The notes below the pieces were generated by a model. It was not told where the DNA came from. It was given only the letters and a program-made list of their open reading frames with translations, and searched no databases. DNA of 64,000 nucleotides from the human T2T-CHM13v2.0 reference genome, Homo sapiens. Location: NCBI RefSeq assembly GCF_009914755.1, contig NC_060928.1. The stretch is one strand, 5' to 3'. Made by a program: the position numbers and the translations under genes. Positions 27,048-44,019 of this stretch are shown here, one piece after another; within the stretch, counting starts at the first letter, position 1; every line of letters begins with the position of its first letter.

Positions 27048-27894
27048 GAAATAGTGGAGAAATAAAAAATAAAATAATTATAAAAAAGACCCAGCTGCAA
27101 CCATCTACCCTGGGTGTTAATGAAGTTAGCTATTTAGCCAAGTAATTGGATGCCTTTTCTAGCCTTTGTTGACTCACAAGCAATAAAATAAAATGTGTAA
27201 ATACTTCATTTCCCTTGTGCTAGGGTTCCACTGACAGATACCATGGGATTCTGACCTTGCAGCAGCTAGACACTTTTTCAAAAGGACCAGAGCCACTCCC
27301 TGGCCATGACGGATCAAGGACTGTATGAATTCTCATTGCCAAAAAATAATATTAACACAGTAATTGGGGCAATTAGAATCTGGTCCAGGTACCCACAAAA
27401 ATAAACAGCGACTTTTTCAAGTTTCATACATAACCTACTTGACATCGAATTATTAAAAATTATCTAATACAAGATGCACACCTGCCACTACCTTGCTCTA
27501 CAGGCCAATGTGAGAAAGACAAAGGAAAAGAGAGAGAAACAAGCACTTACACATAAGGAGCCTGTTTGAATTAAGCTCCACAACAAGTCCTAAGACTGGT
27601 GGATAATTAAGGGAAATATCTTTGTATTTACAAATGAAAAGGTGTTCACTCTTTCTCAGGCCATATCAGACACAGAAGAGTATAAGCCCAGTTATGCAGC
27701 CTGTTTGCTCACCCAGTTTCTGCCATGCTGACAACCCTTAACTCCTCAAGCCAATAGCCCATTATTTCCCTTGCAACTTTTGCCCATTTGCTTTGTTCTG
27801 GTGGGGTATGCATTCCCTGTCTTGTTGCATGGCTCCTATTCAAACATGCCCCCTTCCCATTCTCTAACCCTGGAGGTGTGACCATTTCCTGCAT

Positions 27895-28025
27895 TTCTCC
27901 CTCTAGATAGATGGTAAACCCTGTGAGGACAAGAACTGTGTCTGCGTGTCCTCTTCTCAGTACTTAACACAGTGCTTCACACATAGTAGATCCTTAATAA
28001 ATATTTGTTCAATGCATGAATGAAA
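27895..28025 (+). mobile_element. L2 3' end
   Basis: CTAGATAGATGGTAAACCCTGTGAGGACAAG...AATAAATATTTGTTCAATGCATGAATGAA. Confidence 0.75.
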
Positions 28026-28486
28026 TTCTCATCTAACTTTAATTATAGAACTATACAGTAACCTGCCAGAAGGCATGTTTTCTTTGTCTCTTCTTTTCTT
28101 TTTTAATATGGGAAACTATATCAAAACTTTCCCATAGCTTTTGTACTCATAATACTCTGAGTAGGTTTCTGGAATGTCATAAACAGCAATCCCTTGCCAC
28201 ATCATTGTAACAAAGAGTCCTGCTGCCAACAGAGCTGCAAACCGCAGTGCAGACAGAGCTGGGAATCTTGCATTCAGTTCATTCTGTGATTGTGTTTATG
28301 TAGACTTTCTCTTTACAAGAGCTCAAGAGAGAAGGTATTAACCCTCACAGTGTTTTGTGAAGATGTCTCTTCTCTCCTATTAATATATACTATGGAGATT
28401 AAAGTGACTAACACAGAAAACTACTGACATTGTTCACTTAGTACCAAGAAAACCTCCTGGTCTGGCAGGTGTGGCTTAGAACCCAG

Positions 28487-29012
28487 CATCACAGGAGAAA
28501 TTCCAAAACTGGGGCTTAGCCTGGGTGGCCACATGGGTTCTTGGCTTTGTGCAGGAATGAATTCAAGTGAGCCCACATAGTAAAGTGAAGGCAAGTTTCC
28601 TAAGAAAGTAAAGTAATAAAAGGGTGGCTACTCCATAGGCAGAACAGCCTTGAGGGCTACTGAGTGGCTATTTGTACAGTTATTTATTGATTATATGCCA
28701 AACAAGGGGTGGATTACTTGTGAGTTTTCTGGGGAAGGTGTGGGGAAATTCCTGGAACTGACCATATGGGGTAACTTGTGGACATTGCCATGGCATCTCT
28801 AAACAGTCATGGTGCTGGTGGGAGTTTTATTTAATATGCTAATATATTATAATTAGAGTATAATGAGCAGTGAGGGTGACCAGAAGTTTCTTTTATCACC
28901 CTCTTGGTTTTGATGGGTTTTAGCTGTCTTCTTTATGGCATCCTGTTTTATCAACTGAGTCTTTGTGACCTGTACCTTGTGAAACCAGTCTTGCAGGATA
29001 GAACTCCTATCA
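28487..29012 (-). mobile_element. MER41-family (or closely related MER66) ERV1 solo LTR
   Basis: Minus strand has CAGGTCACAAAGAC...GATAAAACAGG...CTCCCACCAGCACCATGAC...ATGCCATGGCAA...AATCCACCCCTTGTTT...ATGGAGTAGCCA. Confidence 0.8.
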
Positions 29013-29149
29013 AACTAGTAGTCAAAAGTTCCAAAGACTTAGGAGAGGGTGGCCACAGTACAGGATATGTTTTTCTGTTTTGCTGACTGGCAGAACTTTT
29101 TAACTTCTCTGAGGCTCATTGGATAACGCAGAACTTGCAGAGTCATTGT

Positions 29150-29326
29150 AAGAATAATAAAAATAATAAAATAATAAATATGATAAAAATAATAAAATCA
29201 CACACTTATGTACACATACACACATAAATACACATACATATTTACGTATATACATATATATACACACACATGCCCATGATCACACACATGCACACATCCA
29301 CACACACACACACACACAAACACATA
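29150..29326. repeat. (AATAATAA)n plus mixed CA/TA low-complexity tract, apparently within a MIR
   Basis: Directly visible; MIR-like flanks at ~29040-29150 and ~29330-29390. Confidence 0.85.
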
Positions 29327-29635
29327 TGCCTAGATCAGTATCTTGCACAAAGGAGGTATTAGATTATTAAAAGTTTATCACTTTTACTACTGTTACATCA
29401 AGATGTTGGAAGGATGGACAAAATATTTAGCTGCCAATTTTCATACCCAAGAACTCTACTTACAGAGAATTTCAAGATATACAGAACTATCAAACAACAA
29501 GAAATGTGTTAAGTAGAACATAGAGTATAACAGCAAAAAGGCTTTCCTGGAAAAACATAAACTACACTAAGTAAAATATTTAAAAAAGGGAAAAAAATAG
29601 AAAATGAACTTGAAATAACAAACTGAGGTGTTCTT

Positions 29636-32471
<2,836 letters not shown>

Positions 32472-35400
32472 GGTGTTCTTAAGGCACATTTTATCTCTGT
32501 ATAAGATAAGAAGGGAAGGTCAACTGATAAATGTCTAAAACAGTCAAACGTTTTCAATATTTTTGTAATTTCTATTCTTACAAACATACAGACATGAACT
32601 GTATTTAATACGCATACTTTGGAACACAGCATTTATTCCCAGCAGAAGTCCCAGTGGGAGCCCTGGTTATAGGACCCAGCATTCAGATGCCCTTACCATG
32701 GTCTGGAGGGTCAGAGGGATAAACCTTCCTATGGTTGGTTTTGTACAAAGAACAAAGCAACCTCCTGGGAAAACATTTCTGCTGGTCAACAGGAAGTCTG
32801 GTCCTCCCCTTATGCTTGTGCTAATTATGCAGTGTTTATAACTATCTCACAAATAAGAGCAGTAGAAGATGAAATTTTGCCAAACCTCCCTTCATCAAGC
32901 TTTGTGCCAAGACACAAGGCTGGATACAACACAGAAGGGGCACTTTGTTTCATTTCAACCACAAAAAATCCCTAGCTTCAACATTGAGGGAGGTAAGGTA
33001 GTAAAGCTCAGTGTTGGAGAGAGGAAGAAAGCCGGGGTGCATGCTAGTAAATTTCTTCCTTACTTCACTCTTTTCTACCAGAGATTATAGCCAAATGAGG
33101 AAAAGTAAATGGTGAGAAATATCAAGAGAGAGGATAGTTCACAGACATTTCTACAAATTACCAAGTACCCACAGAAATAGTGGTGGGAATTGTGTAAAGA
33201 ATAGAAAGAGAGTTTTCCTTGAGGCAACTTCTGTAGCTCTTGGGACATGAGATGAAGATGCTGGTCCCGGCTGTGGGAGTGCCAACCTAATGCTGTAAGG
33301 AAGAGGATGCATGGAAGACACTGATCACTGGGAAGAGCGGAAATCAGTAGAACATCACTGAGAGAGGCAGGCAAAGCGAAGAAGTAAGTGACAAAAGCCT
33401 TGCAGCAGCTGAGTGCATGCTCTTGAAAAATGGTAAATGTAGATGGAGAGAAATCCAGGGCAATTGCCATTCTGAGAATGAACTGCCTCAAAATTTACTA
33501 GGGAGCTTTGATAAATAAAATTCCTGGCCACACTCTGAGAGTTGGTAAATTTGAATTCACATCCTGGAAATCTGAATCTTTAAGATGTCTCCTAGGTACT
33601 ACCCTGGATTTGAAAACAACGCATGTAGAGTGGGAACAGTAGATAATCCCTGGAGACCTTCATTTCTTGCTGAGGAATACTCAAGAATTGATCAGAAGGG
33701 TTGAAGTTTCTGCAGAGTAGAAATAGACAAAACAGAAAAATACATTTTTCTTACAGTTTGTATATCCATATCCTTTTAGTGACGATGTCAGAGTAGCTTA
33801 GCATCTTTTTGGTGTTTATGGAAGAACTAGGAAGCAAATTTCAATAGTAAAAATAAATATTTTTAAAGACACTTGCTTAATTGGCAAAGCAATCACAAGA
33901 AAAATGTGCATTAAATATCTACAGAACCAATAGTTGGTATGGATTATTTATTTGGTTTCAATATTTTCTTTCAATAATATTGAAAATTTATAGTAAGTAA
34001 GAAAAGTTTTAGGTATTTTGAGAGTTTGGGTACAGGAGCAATGAAATAAAATTCATATTTTAAATTCAATTTTAAATTCACATTTTAAGTTCACAAATTA
34101 AATTTACTGAAAATGCACACACCAATAAATTATCAATTTGTAAATTCCTAAAGCTAGGCATTACAGAGTTTCCAGCAAAACAATTTGGTTTTTAATAATT
34201 CGCTTTCTTTTGTGAACACAAGATAACTGAATAAGTGGAGGAAAAGAAATGAATAAAAACAGAAAATTAATAGATTCTCTATGGACCCCAATAGTCAACA
34301 TTATACGAATGGAATATATTCCTTAAGTACACCAGAATTGCTTAAGTACACAATCTTAAGGTGTACAGTATCTATGTCCTCACAACTAGAAATAAAAGAA
34401 TGTTAGAATTTAACATATGTATTTATCTGATTATTGAATTATAAAGTTGAAAAAACTGCAGATAACACTCTTTGGGAGAATAAAATTATTTTTTTCTTTA
34501 TAGTCAACGTTTAACATTATTGAATGCAGGTAAACCTTAAAAAGTATAGCATCCACTTACAAAGAATCTTATCATTCAAATTTATAGCAGCCAGTCCTGT
34601 TTGCATCTTGGGCTAAAGATCTTCTTGCTCAAATAGGACTTTCCACCTGGAGCTGTATACCTATACCTGTTCCCACCACCGTGTTACTAAAAATTATCTG
34701 GTGAAAGCACCAGTGGCTACTCTACATCAGCATATCCTAAAATGTTTCTGATGTTTAATAATCAATATTTTTAATGAGTGAATCAATAACAAGTCAGAAT
34801 TGGCATGTGACCTTAGTTGTTCCAATGCACTGTTTGTGCATTGTGGTGTCTAGAAGATTCTCTATGCAACAACATAGACCTCTTTCCTATCTGCTGCACA
34901 GCTGTTATGAGATTAGGGCTTGATTTTAGTGTAGTTCCTATTTTCTTCTCCCCATTCATTGAAAATAGCTTTTCCTTTTTATGATTTTTCTCTAAAGCAA
35001 TGATAACTATTCCACTTACCTGTCACTTAAAAAGGAGATTTCTTACTTTTAACTAAAAAGATCATTGTCACCATGGTGATGCTATTTATATCAGGTAAAA
35101 TAGAGTTCCAGCTGGGATGGACTTCACAACCAGTCTCTCCAACCACCTTCCAATTCCTGCCATTGTTGTTGTAGGAATCCACTGTCCAGTTTCCCTGGTG
35201 CAGCATACACAGAGCACACCAAGTCTAATGCTCCCAAGGTACACTCAAGATCTTTTCTGTCTCTGACCCCAGTGTCTTCCACAGTGCTTTGCATTGGGTA
35301 AGTTTCATAGTTCCTGTAAAACTGGAAAGCTGTCACTCAGAATGGCCTCTTGCCTTGGTCAGTCCATGCACATGATACAATTGCTTCTGAAACTGCATCC

Positions 35401-36334
35401 AATTGGTTAGACTTCAGGAGCAACAGGGAAAGTGTAGCATTAGTTGCTGTTATTGCACAGCCAACTGGCCACACAATGTAGCATATGAGGTAGGGAAGAG
35501 AGGATGATTTCTTCCTTCCTATTCTTGATTCTTTGCTGAAAGGCCCACCTCAGATCTCTTTAGTCTGAGAATCAGGGTCATTCCTATGGTTTAAAAGGCC
35601 AAGAAGTACCAGAACAAGGAGCAAGGTAGTTGTATCAGCTTTTTTCTTGTATTAATTATTTTTTGAAATGGGCATTGTAGAGTAATAGTGATAGTAGTAG
35701 TTCTTTGTAACATAAATTTGTCTGTTGCTTTTCTTATCCAATGAGATATGAAGAAGTCTAGTCATCAGCTTAAATGCTTCTGGGTTTACACACTCTATGG
35801 CCTGGCCTAAGTGGAAACTTACCATACACACTGGATCCAGGTTTTGATAAGACAAATTTTATGTTAGTGTTCTCTGGTTTTATTCCTATTTCTAACAACA
35901 AAAGTTATGTTTTTATAAAACAGTTTAATAAACATATGAATATAAAAATGAGACAATGGCTAACAAAAAAGTGAGAAGATTTAGTTCTGCTAGCAAACAA
36001 ATAAAACCAAATGTACCTAGAGTCAATAAAACGATGAAGAGAAAAAAAATGGATTTTATTCAGATTTAAACCCTATTCATGAAGTCAGCACACCTGAATA
36101 TGTCAAATATGTGAAATACTTGATGAGTCATGGGTTTATTAACTTACTTTGTCCCAAAAAATATCTAAGGCAGATGTTCTTATCAAAAAAGCTCAGACCC
36201 TTATAAGACAGATTTCAATTTAATACAATTTTTAAAAATATTTATTAAACATCTGCTATATACGTCTCGGAAAGGATAAGAAAGATGACTCTAAGATCCA
36301 TAAGACTAAGGAGTATATTATCAATCATATATAT

Positions 36335-38290
36335 AACAGCCACAAGAAGATTAAACACCTAGGAATATATTTAACCAAGGAGGTGAAAGATCTCTGCAAG
36401 GAGAGCTACAAAACACTCATAAAAGAAATTACAGAGGACACAAACAAATGGAAAAAACATCCCATGCTCATGGATTGAAAAAGTTGATAGTGTTAAAATG
36501 TCCACACCGCCCAAAGCAATCTACAGAGGCAATGCAATTTCTGTCAAATTATCAGCATCATTTTTCACAGAATTAGGAAAAGCAATCCTAAATTTCATAC
36601 GGAACAAAACTATAGCCCAAATATCCAAAGCAATCCTAAGCAAACGAAACAAACTTGAAAAATCACATTACCTGACTTAAAATTATTTAAGATTACAGTA
36701 ACTAAAACAGCATGGTACTGGTACAAAAATAGACACATAGATCAATGGAACTGATTAGAGAACCCAGAAATCAAGCCACATACCTACAATGAACTGATCT
36801 TTGAGAAAGTCAACAAAAATAAACAATAGAGAAAGGAAGCAATATTCAATAAATGGTACTGGAAAAATTCGCTGCCCATATTCATAAAAAAACTGGACCC
36901 CATCTCTCACCATGTACAAAAATTAACTCAAGATGTGTCAAATACTTAAATATATTTAAGACCTGAAACTGTGAAAATCTTAGAAGAAAACCTAGGATAA
37001 TCTATTCTGGACACTGGCATAGGCAAAGAATTTATTATAAAGACCTCAAAAGCAAATGCAACAAAAACAGAAATAGACAAATGGGACTTAATTAAACTAA
37101 AAAGCCTCTACACTGCAAAAGAAATAGTCAACAGAGTAAAGAGACAGCCTATAGAATGGGAGAAAATATTTGCAAATTATGCACCAAACAAAGTATTATT
37201 AATTCCAGACTCTATGGGAACTCAAACAACTCAACAAGCAAAACAACAAACAACCCCATTAAAAAGTGGGGAAAGGACATGAACAGACATTTTCCAAAAG
37301 CAGATATACAAGTGGCCAACTAACACAAAAACATGCTAAACATCACTAGTTATCAGAGAAATGAAAATTAAAAACACAATGAGATATCATCTTACATCCA
37401 GTCAGAATGGCTTTTTGTTTTTGTTTTTGTTTTGAGAAGAAGTCTCACTCTGTCACCTAAGCTGGAGTGCAGTGGCACAATCTCCACTCACTCCAACCTC
37501 TGCTTCCTGGGTTCAAGCAATTCTTCTGCCCCAGCCTCCCAAGTAGCAGGGACTTACAGGTGAGCGCCACCACACCTGACTAATTTTTGTATTTTTAGTA
37601 GAGATGGGGTTTTACCATATTGGCCAGGCTGGTCTCGAACTCCTGACTTCATGATCTGCCCGCCTCGGCCTCCCAAAGTGTCGGGATTACAGCCATGAGC
37701 CACCACACCTGGCCAGAATGGCTATTATTAGAAAGTCAAAAAACAACTGATGTTGGTTTGAAGGCAGAGAAAAGGGAACATTTATACACTATCGCTGGGA
37801 ATGTAAATTAGTACAACTTCTATAAAAACAGTATGGGAATTTCTCAAAGAACTAAAAATAGTACTAACATTTGACCCAGTAATTCCACGACTGGATATCT
37901 ACTCAAAGAAAAATAAATTGTTATATTAAAAGAACACCTGCACTTATATGTTTATCACAGCAGTACTATTCACAGTAGCAAAGTCAAGGAATCAACCTAA
38001 GCATCCATCAATGTTTGATTGGATTTAAAAAATGTGGTATGTATACATCATGGAATAATACGCAGCCACAAAATAAGAACAAAATCATGTCCCTTGCAAA
38101 TGATTTTGGATGAAGCTGGAGGTCATTATCCTAAGTAAAATAATTCAGACAGAAAACCAAATACTGAATATTCTTACTTATAGGTGGAAGCTAAACAATG
38201 GGTAAACATGGATATAAAGATGGAAATAATAGACACTGCGGACTCCAAATGTAAAAAACCTGCATATGTACCCTCTGAATCTAAAACTTA
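36335..38290 (+). mobile_element. L1PB-type 3' portion with a 3'UTR deletion, split by an Alu
   Basis: Degraded ORF2 (AACCAAGGAGGTGAAAGATCTCT...); 3' end CCTGCATATGTACCCTCTGAATCTAAAA. Confidence 0.9.
37412..37714 (-). mobile_element. AluS (Sg/Sc-like)
   Basis: Full dimer with (TTTTG)n tail; TSD AGAATGGCT. Confidence 0.95.
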
Positions 38291-38309
38291 AAATATATAT
38301 TATTAAATG

Positions 38310-38430
38310 TTTACGTAATGGATATTGTAATTAACCTGATATGATCATCATACAATATATACAGGCACTACAATATCACACTGTACCCCATAAATATGTA
38401 AACTTACTGTGTATCAATTATAAATAAAAA
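38310..38430 (+). mobile_element. L1MA-type extreme 3' end
   Basis: ATCACACTGTACCCCATAAATATGTA...TATCAATTATAAATAAAA. Confidence 0.75.
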
Positions 38431-38799
38431 CTAATCACAAAATCTTTTAAAGGCTAAGAAGTGTATCATATCTGTTTTTCACTAGTTCCTAGCACAGTAA
38501 CTGGCCTATAGTAAGCAATCAGTAAGTGCATATTTATATAAGGAATAAATTCATTCCCTTTCTTCCAGGGACTAAAACCATAGCTTTCGTGATTGGATTG
38601 CTTTCCTAGTCCAGGAAATATTTTCACACACCTGTTTGTTCCACACACCCCTGGGAGATAGGCAGGAAAAAATATCATTTGTTTTGCCTGTCTGATGAAG
38701 CAACTAATTATTGGAGAGTTAAAGCAATTTACCCAAAGCCAGGAAGTTAAGAAGGAACAAAATTGGGAATACTCTTTCCCCTATACCAGGACACCTGGG

Positions 38800-39165
38800 T
38801 GTATTAGTCCATTTTCACACTGCTATGAAGACATGCCTGAGACTGGGTAATTTGTAAAGGAAAGAGGTTTAATAGATTCACAGTTCCACATGGCTGAGGA
38901 GGCCTCAAGAAACTTACACTCATGGTGGAAGGGGAAGCATGCACATCTTACATAGTGGCAGGTGAGAGGAGTGAAGTGTGAGCACAGGAAAAACTGCCAC
39001 TTTTAAAACCATCAGATCTCATGAGAACTCACTCACTATCACGAGAACAGCATAAGGGAAACTGCACCCATAATCCAATCACCTTCCATCAGGTTCCTCC
39101 CTTGACATATGGGGATTACAATTCAAAACGAGATTTGGATGGGGACACAGAGCCAAACCATATCA
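38800..39165 (-). mobile_element. THE1D/MSTA-type MaLR solo LTR
   Basis: TGTATTAGTCC...CCAAACCATATCA; TSD CTGGG/CTGGA. Confidence 0.93.
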
Positions 39166-39319
39166 CTGGAGCAACATAGTTAGGTCCTAAGCCATCTCCG
39201 TGGTTTACTTTTAAACTCACCTCATAGGGAGCATAATCATCAGAATGCTCCTCCCTTGGTCCATGTAAAGATATTTCATTCAGAAGGTAACCTTCAAATA
39301 CCACCATGCTTTGCAGACA

Positions 39320-39560
39320 AGAACTGACATTTCTTGAGTTCTGATTATGTGACGGGCACAGTGCTACATTTTACACGTGTTAGCTTATTTAAACTCCCTA
39401 ATTAGTGTCTAATATAGGTATCATTTCCCATTTGAGGCATCAGATATGGGAAAATTAAATAACTTGCCCAAGGTCAAAGTTGGTAAGTGAGAGAGCTAGG
39501 ATTTCAACAATATTAGTCTTGTTTCAAAGCTCATTGTCTTTACTTTATTACACACTGATT
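39320..39560 (-). mobile_element. MIR
   Basis: TTAAATAACTTGCCCAAGGTCA...GTAAGTGAGAGAGCTAGGATTTCAAC. Confidence 0.75.
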
Positions 39561-40729
39561 CCAAGAAATGAAAATTAGCTACTCTTCACAAAATATCTGG
39601 GGACTCCTGCCCTAAGAAATAACTGAGCATGATTGCAGTGAACCTCTCTAATAAGAAGTAACCCTGGTTTCCTTTGATCGGAAAGAATGCTTCAGAACTG
39701 TGTGGTGTTTACAAAGCCTTTCTCCAGGAATTGCTTTCTTTCTCTGAGATGTGAAACCACAAACTAGTTGCTTTGGGTAATTAAAGGTTCTTTGCACCAT
39801 CTGAATGTGTCAACAGCAAATATCCTGGGTAAATTTCAAGTAAGTAATTGCATTCTGCCAATCTGAAATGCCTTTCTAATTTCTTTCCTTAAAATATCCG
39901 CTTACTGTACCTTTTACTGTGGCTGTATATAATTTTAAAATAACCAAGACTATGCAATCAGTTGTGCCAAATAAGAGTAAGAATATAAACATTCATTTGG
40001 TGAATATGTCAAAGTCTTCTATGTCATTGGATAGGAGACAACCGTTAAGTTTTGGGAACCCACTTTTCTCCTTACATATCAGATTTCCAAGGATAATTAA
40101 AGCAACCAGAAATGAAAGTTGATTATTTCTTCTTTTTCGATTTCACCTTTACCTGTAGTAATGTGGGTAAATCAATTTATTCATATTATAAGAACTTTCT
40201 CTTTCAAGAAAAAATGTCTATTGAAATATTACATTTATAACTACAGACAACCTAATACACAGGATATTTTTAAAAGAGCTCCACTCTAGAAGATAAGGTG
40301 TCACCCTAAAATCCATCACACATGCTTTATTATAACAAGTCATATTATGCCCTAAAGGGGAAAAAAATCTCAACAGCAAGCCATAATTTGAAGGAGGCTT
40401 TACTCATAGGAGTTAGGAGGAAGGATTTCCCTACAGTAGATCACTTTAAAATGTTTTGGCAAATCAACTGGATAAGTAAATAGTACAAGTAGAAAATATA
40501 CATATTTTATAAACTAATTTCCAGAGCAAAAGCCCTCACATAATTTGCTTTTAAAACTAATCCTTCCCACTCAAGGATTTGGTATATAATCAAGCAATTT
40601 ACAAACTAATGGTCTAGCTAATAATTCTGTAATTGCTATGAAAGCAAATGAACCAATTGTTAATCCTACTAAAAGCATTTGAAGTGGTTTTATAAGAGAT
40701 CTCCCATGCCCATGTAATACAACCACACT

Positions 40730-40731
<2 letters not shown>

Positions 40732-40768
<37 letters not shown>

Positions 40769-40785
40769 AACCCACACTCACACAG
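40732..40785. repeat. (CA)n microsatellite
   Basis: Directly visible. Confidence 0.97.
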
Positions 40786-42419
40786 AGAGTTCATCTTACT
40801 TCCAAAAGTAGTTTTGTATTTATGCCTCAGCGTTTTGAGTCATATAAAGGCAGAAAAATTGGCATAGGAATATGTATCTATTCCATTTCCATAAAGACTG
40901 AATGTTTCTTATTTCTGTATTGCATGAAAATTATCCATTTTTCAAATTGTCAAAAAAGTCATTATGCAGGGTCACTAACTACAAAAAAATGGCTGTTTGC
41001 TTCAGGTCAACTTTACCAATGCCTCATGTTGGTCACCTAGAGCCCATAATTTTTATACATAGTAAAAGGTCCAGAGGCCACAGTTATATTCCAATGGAAA
41101 GAAAAGGGAAACTATTGGATTATGAGTTTGAAGCCATTCTTCGGGAATGGAGGGTGTCAAGTGACTGAAGAGCATCCTTAGCGTCAATCATGGAACCATT
41201 TTCAATCAAACTTAACTTTAATTCTCTGTCCCTTTCTAGAGGTTTCTAGTCCTGGAACTTGAAAACCATTATATCCAACTTCTAAAACTAAAATATCAGA
41301 TGAATAGTTTAAGTTAGTGAAAAAGTTTAAGTGTGTGTGTATATTAATTGGCTGGAAAGATACCAGGATTCTCAGCAGTCCTCAGACAACAGAAAAGATT
41401 AAATGCAAGTAAAAGATAATTAAGGCAGGGTTGATTCTAGAATGAAAGGCTATACACTCCCATGTTGGCTCTTTGTTCTACCCATGGTGCTATATAATGA
41501 ATGATTTTCTTCTCCCAATTGTCTACAAAATATAAACTCTTGGGGTACAGACCTTATCTTCTAATATTAACTCTCTCAACAATATTTGTTTTGACCATAA
41601 CCTGGCTTGAAAAAGATCCTCAATGAATGGTAATTGAATTGCTCTTGGTGCTTTGCGTAGTAAAGGAAACCATTTCTAACCTAACTTTCTCACATTACCT
41701 TTCATTGTTTCCCAACATTAACTCCACATATCTGTCCATGATGACATATTACAAAAAGAAATATGAAGCTCCCTCATCCTTTAGGAAATTAATTTTGTAT
41801 TTTTGTATCCCTACAAATGAGGTAATGATGAATTTAAGAGGACTTATAAGAAACACTTGCTATGGGCTGAACCATCCTTTTGTTCCCTGGTCATTCTTTA
41901 GCTAAGCCGAGTTCATAATTTCTTGTTACTGTAAAGGTTTTGACAGCTACATAGTCACTGCAAAAATATGCTTCAGGCCCTGAAGTAATCCATCTCATTA
42001 GTGCCTGACCTTTGATCCACAAAAAAAGAGTAAGGAGTTAAATATTTTACATGCTTCTCATGGCAAAATGTTACTTCTCTGTAAAACAGCAATTCAGAAA
42101 AGAGACTGGAAGATATACAAGGTTTCATAGAGAGAAAAGAAAATCAGTCAATGTATGATAATCATGATGACTAAAGGTTACTAAAATATCTAATACATTT
42201 TCTCCACATGCTTTTAGATGGCCACACAATAGGAAGGAGAATTGAACTCACATGATATCTTGACGTTTTTTAATCAATGGAGCAGAAGCAATGATAAAGA
42301 TAGATTAAAATTTGTTCCTAGCAGATACATCACTTTATTACAATTGGCTACCATCTTAGAAGTAATGGGGCAGCAGTAATCTTGGGTTACTCCTTATTGT
42401 AATAGAAAGCAAAGAGGAG

Positions 42420-42620
42420 GCACTAGCATGTAATAAATGCCTACTTAGTCCCACACATTCTTCATGTATTATTTCATGTAATCCTCACAAAAACTCTATT
42501 TGGTAAATATTGTTATTCTTATTTTACAAGGGATAATAGTGAGCGAAATTAAACATCTTGCTCAATGTCACACAAATAATAAATAAACAAATTAGAATAT
42601 ATGTCCGGTTCTACACACAC
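42420..42620 (-). mobile_element. MIR
   Basis: ATTTCATGTAATCCTCACAAAAACTCTAT...TCTTGCTCAATGTCACAC. Confidence 0.7.
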
Positions 42621-42732
42621 CAACCTCTATGTAGAACTGTTTAAACACCTCAGAAATAACTAGAAAGAGAAGAATAAAAATGTTCTAGGATTTGCAGTGG
42701 AATATTTATTACATTAAATTCAAACACCTTTA

Positions 42733-42995
<263 letters not shown>

Positions 42996-43561
42996 TCAAA
43001 CACCTTTATTGTATATTGTATTTCGATATTAGCACACTGTTGAAAAGTAGTACATACTACATACTTCTGGAAAAGTATTAGAGCATTTTCAAATTCAAGA
43101 TTTCTAACTAATAATTGTATTTTAAGCTTTTATGCCAAAAATGATATTATTCTTTCTATTCTTTAGATCTTATACAGATGATCCTAGAATATTTTATTCT
43201 ATAATTTAGAGACTTTATAATATAAACATATACAGAATTTAAGGTTCAGATATCTTCAAGTTACTTCATATCCAGTGACTTTGGAACCAAGAAAGATTAT
43301 TCAAGTATAGTTTCATTAGATTTGGGGATGAAGAAGGCATATAGTAAATTTATTCCCGTGAAATCCCATTGCCAAAGAAGAGAAAATATTACTCAATTAA
43401 GAGAATAGGGAGGGTGGAGAATTTACACTGACACTTTGTAGTGTAATTGGTGTCAACATTTTTCTCAAAAAGAAGGATGGCATAGACTAGGTAAGTTTCC
43501 ATTACTCGCTCACCCAGTGAATCTGGCTGATGAGTTTAATCAACAGATTGCAACATCTTTT

Positions 43562-43918
43562 TGCCTTAGTCCATTCAGGCTACTATAATAAAATATCATA
43601 AGCTAACTAACTTATAAATAATAGTGACATTTCTCACAATTCTGGTGGTTGGGAAGTCCAAGATTAAGGCATCAGCAGAAACAATGGCTGGTGAGAGCAT
43701 GTTTCCTGGCTCAAAGATGATACCTTCTCACTGCATCCTCACATGGTGGAGGGTGAAATGCAGCTCTCTGGGGCTTCTTTTATATGGGTATCAATCCCTT
43801 TCAAGAGACTCTGCCCTTGTGAACTTATTACTTCCCAAATGCTCCATTTCCTAATGCTGTGGGGTGAGAATTTCAACATATGAATTTTGAGGAAATATAA
43901 AACATTTAGTCCATTGCA
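43562..43918 (-). mobile_element. MLT1A/MSTD-type MaLR solo LTR
   Basis: TG...CA; TSD CTTTT/CTTTC; GGGAAGTCCAAGATTAAGGC. Confidence 0.88.
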
Positions 43919-44019
43919 CTTTCCCAGTGAAAAACTACATGGCCTTTGAAATCTTATTAAATATTTTTACTCCTCTTAGCATTTCAAGCAAATACAACCA
44001 ATCAATAATTTAAATTGGT

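Noticed and set aside
25368-27145. 154-aa, 115-aa and 166-aa ORFs
   Set aside because: They lie in LTR33-like and MER50 LTR sequence, have no recognisable domain, and overlap in several frames
34048-34105. Degenerate TTTTAAATTCA tandem units
   Set aside because: Short AT-rich slippage repeat with no further structure
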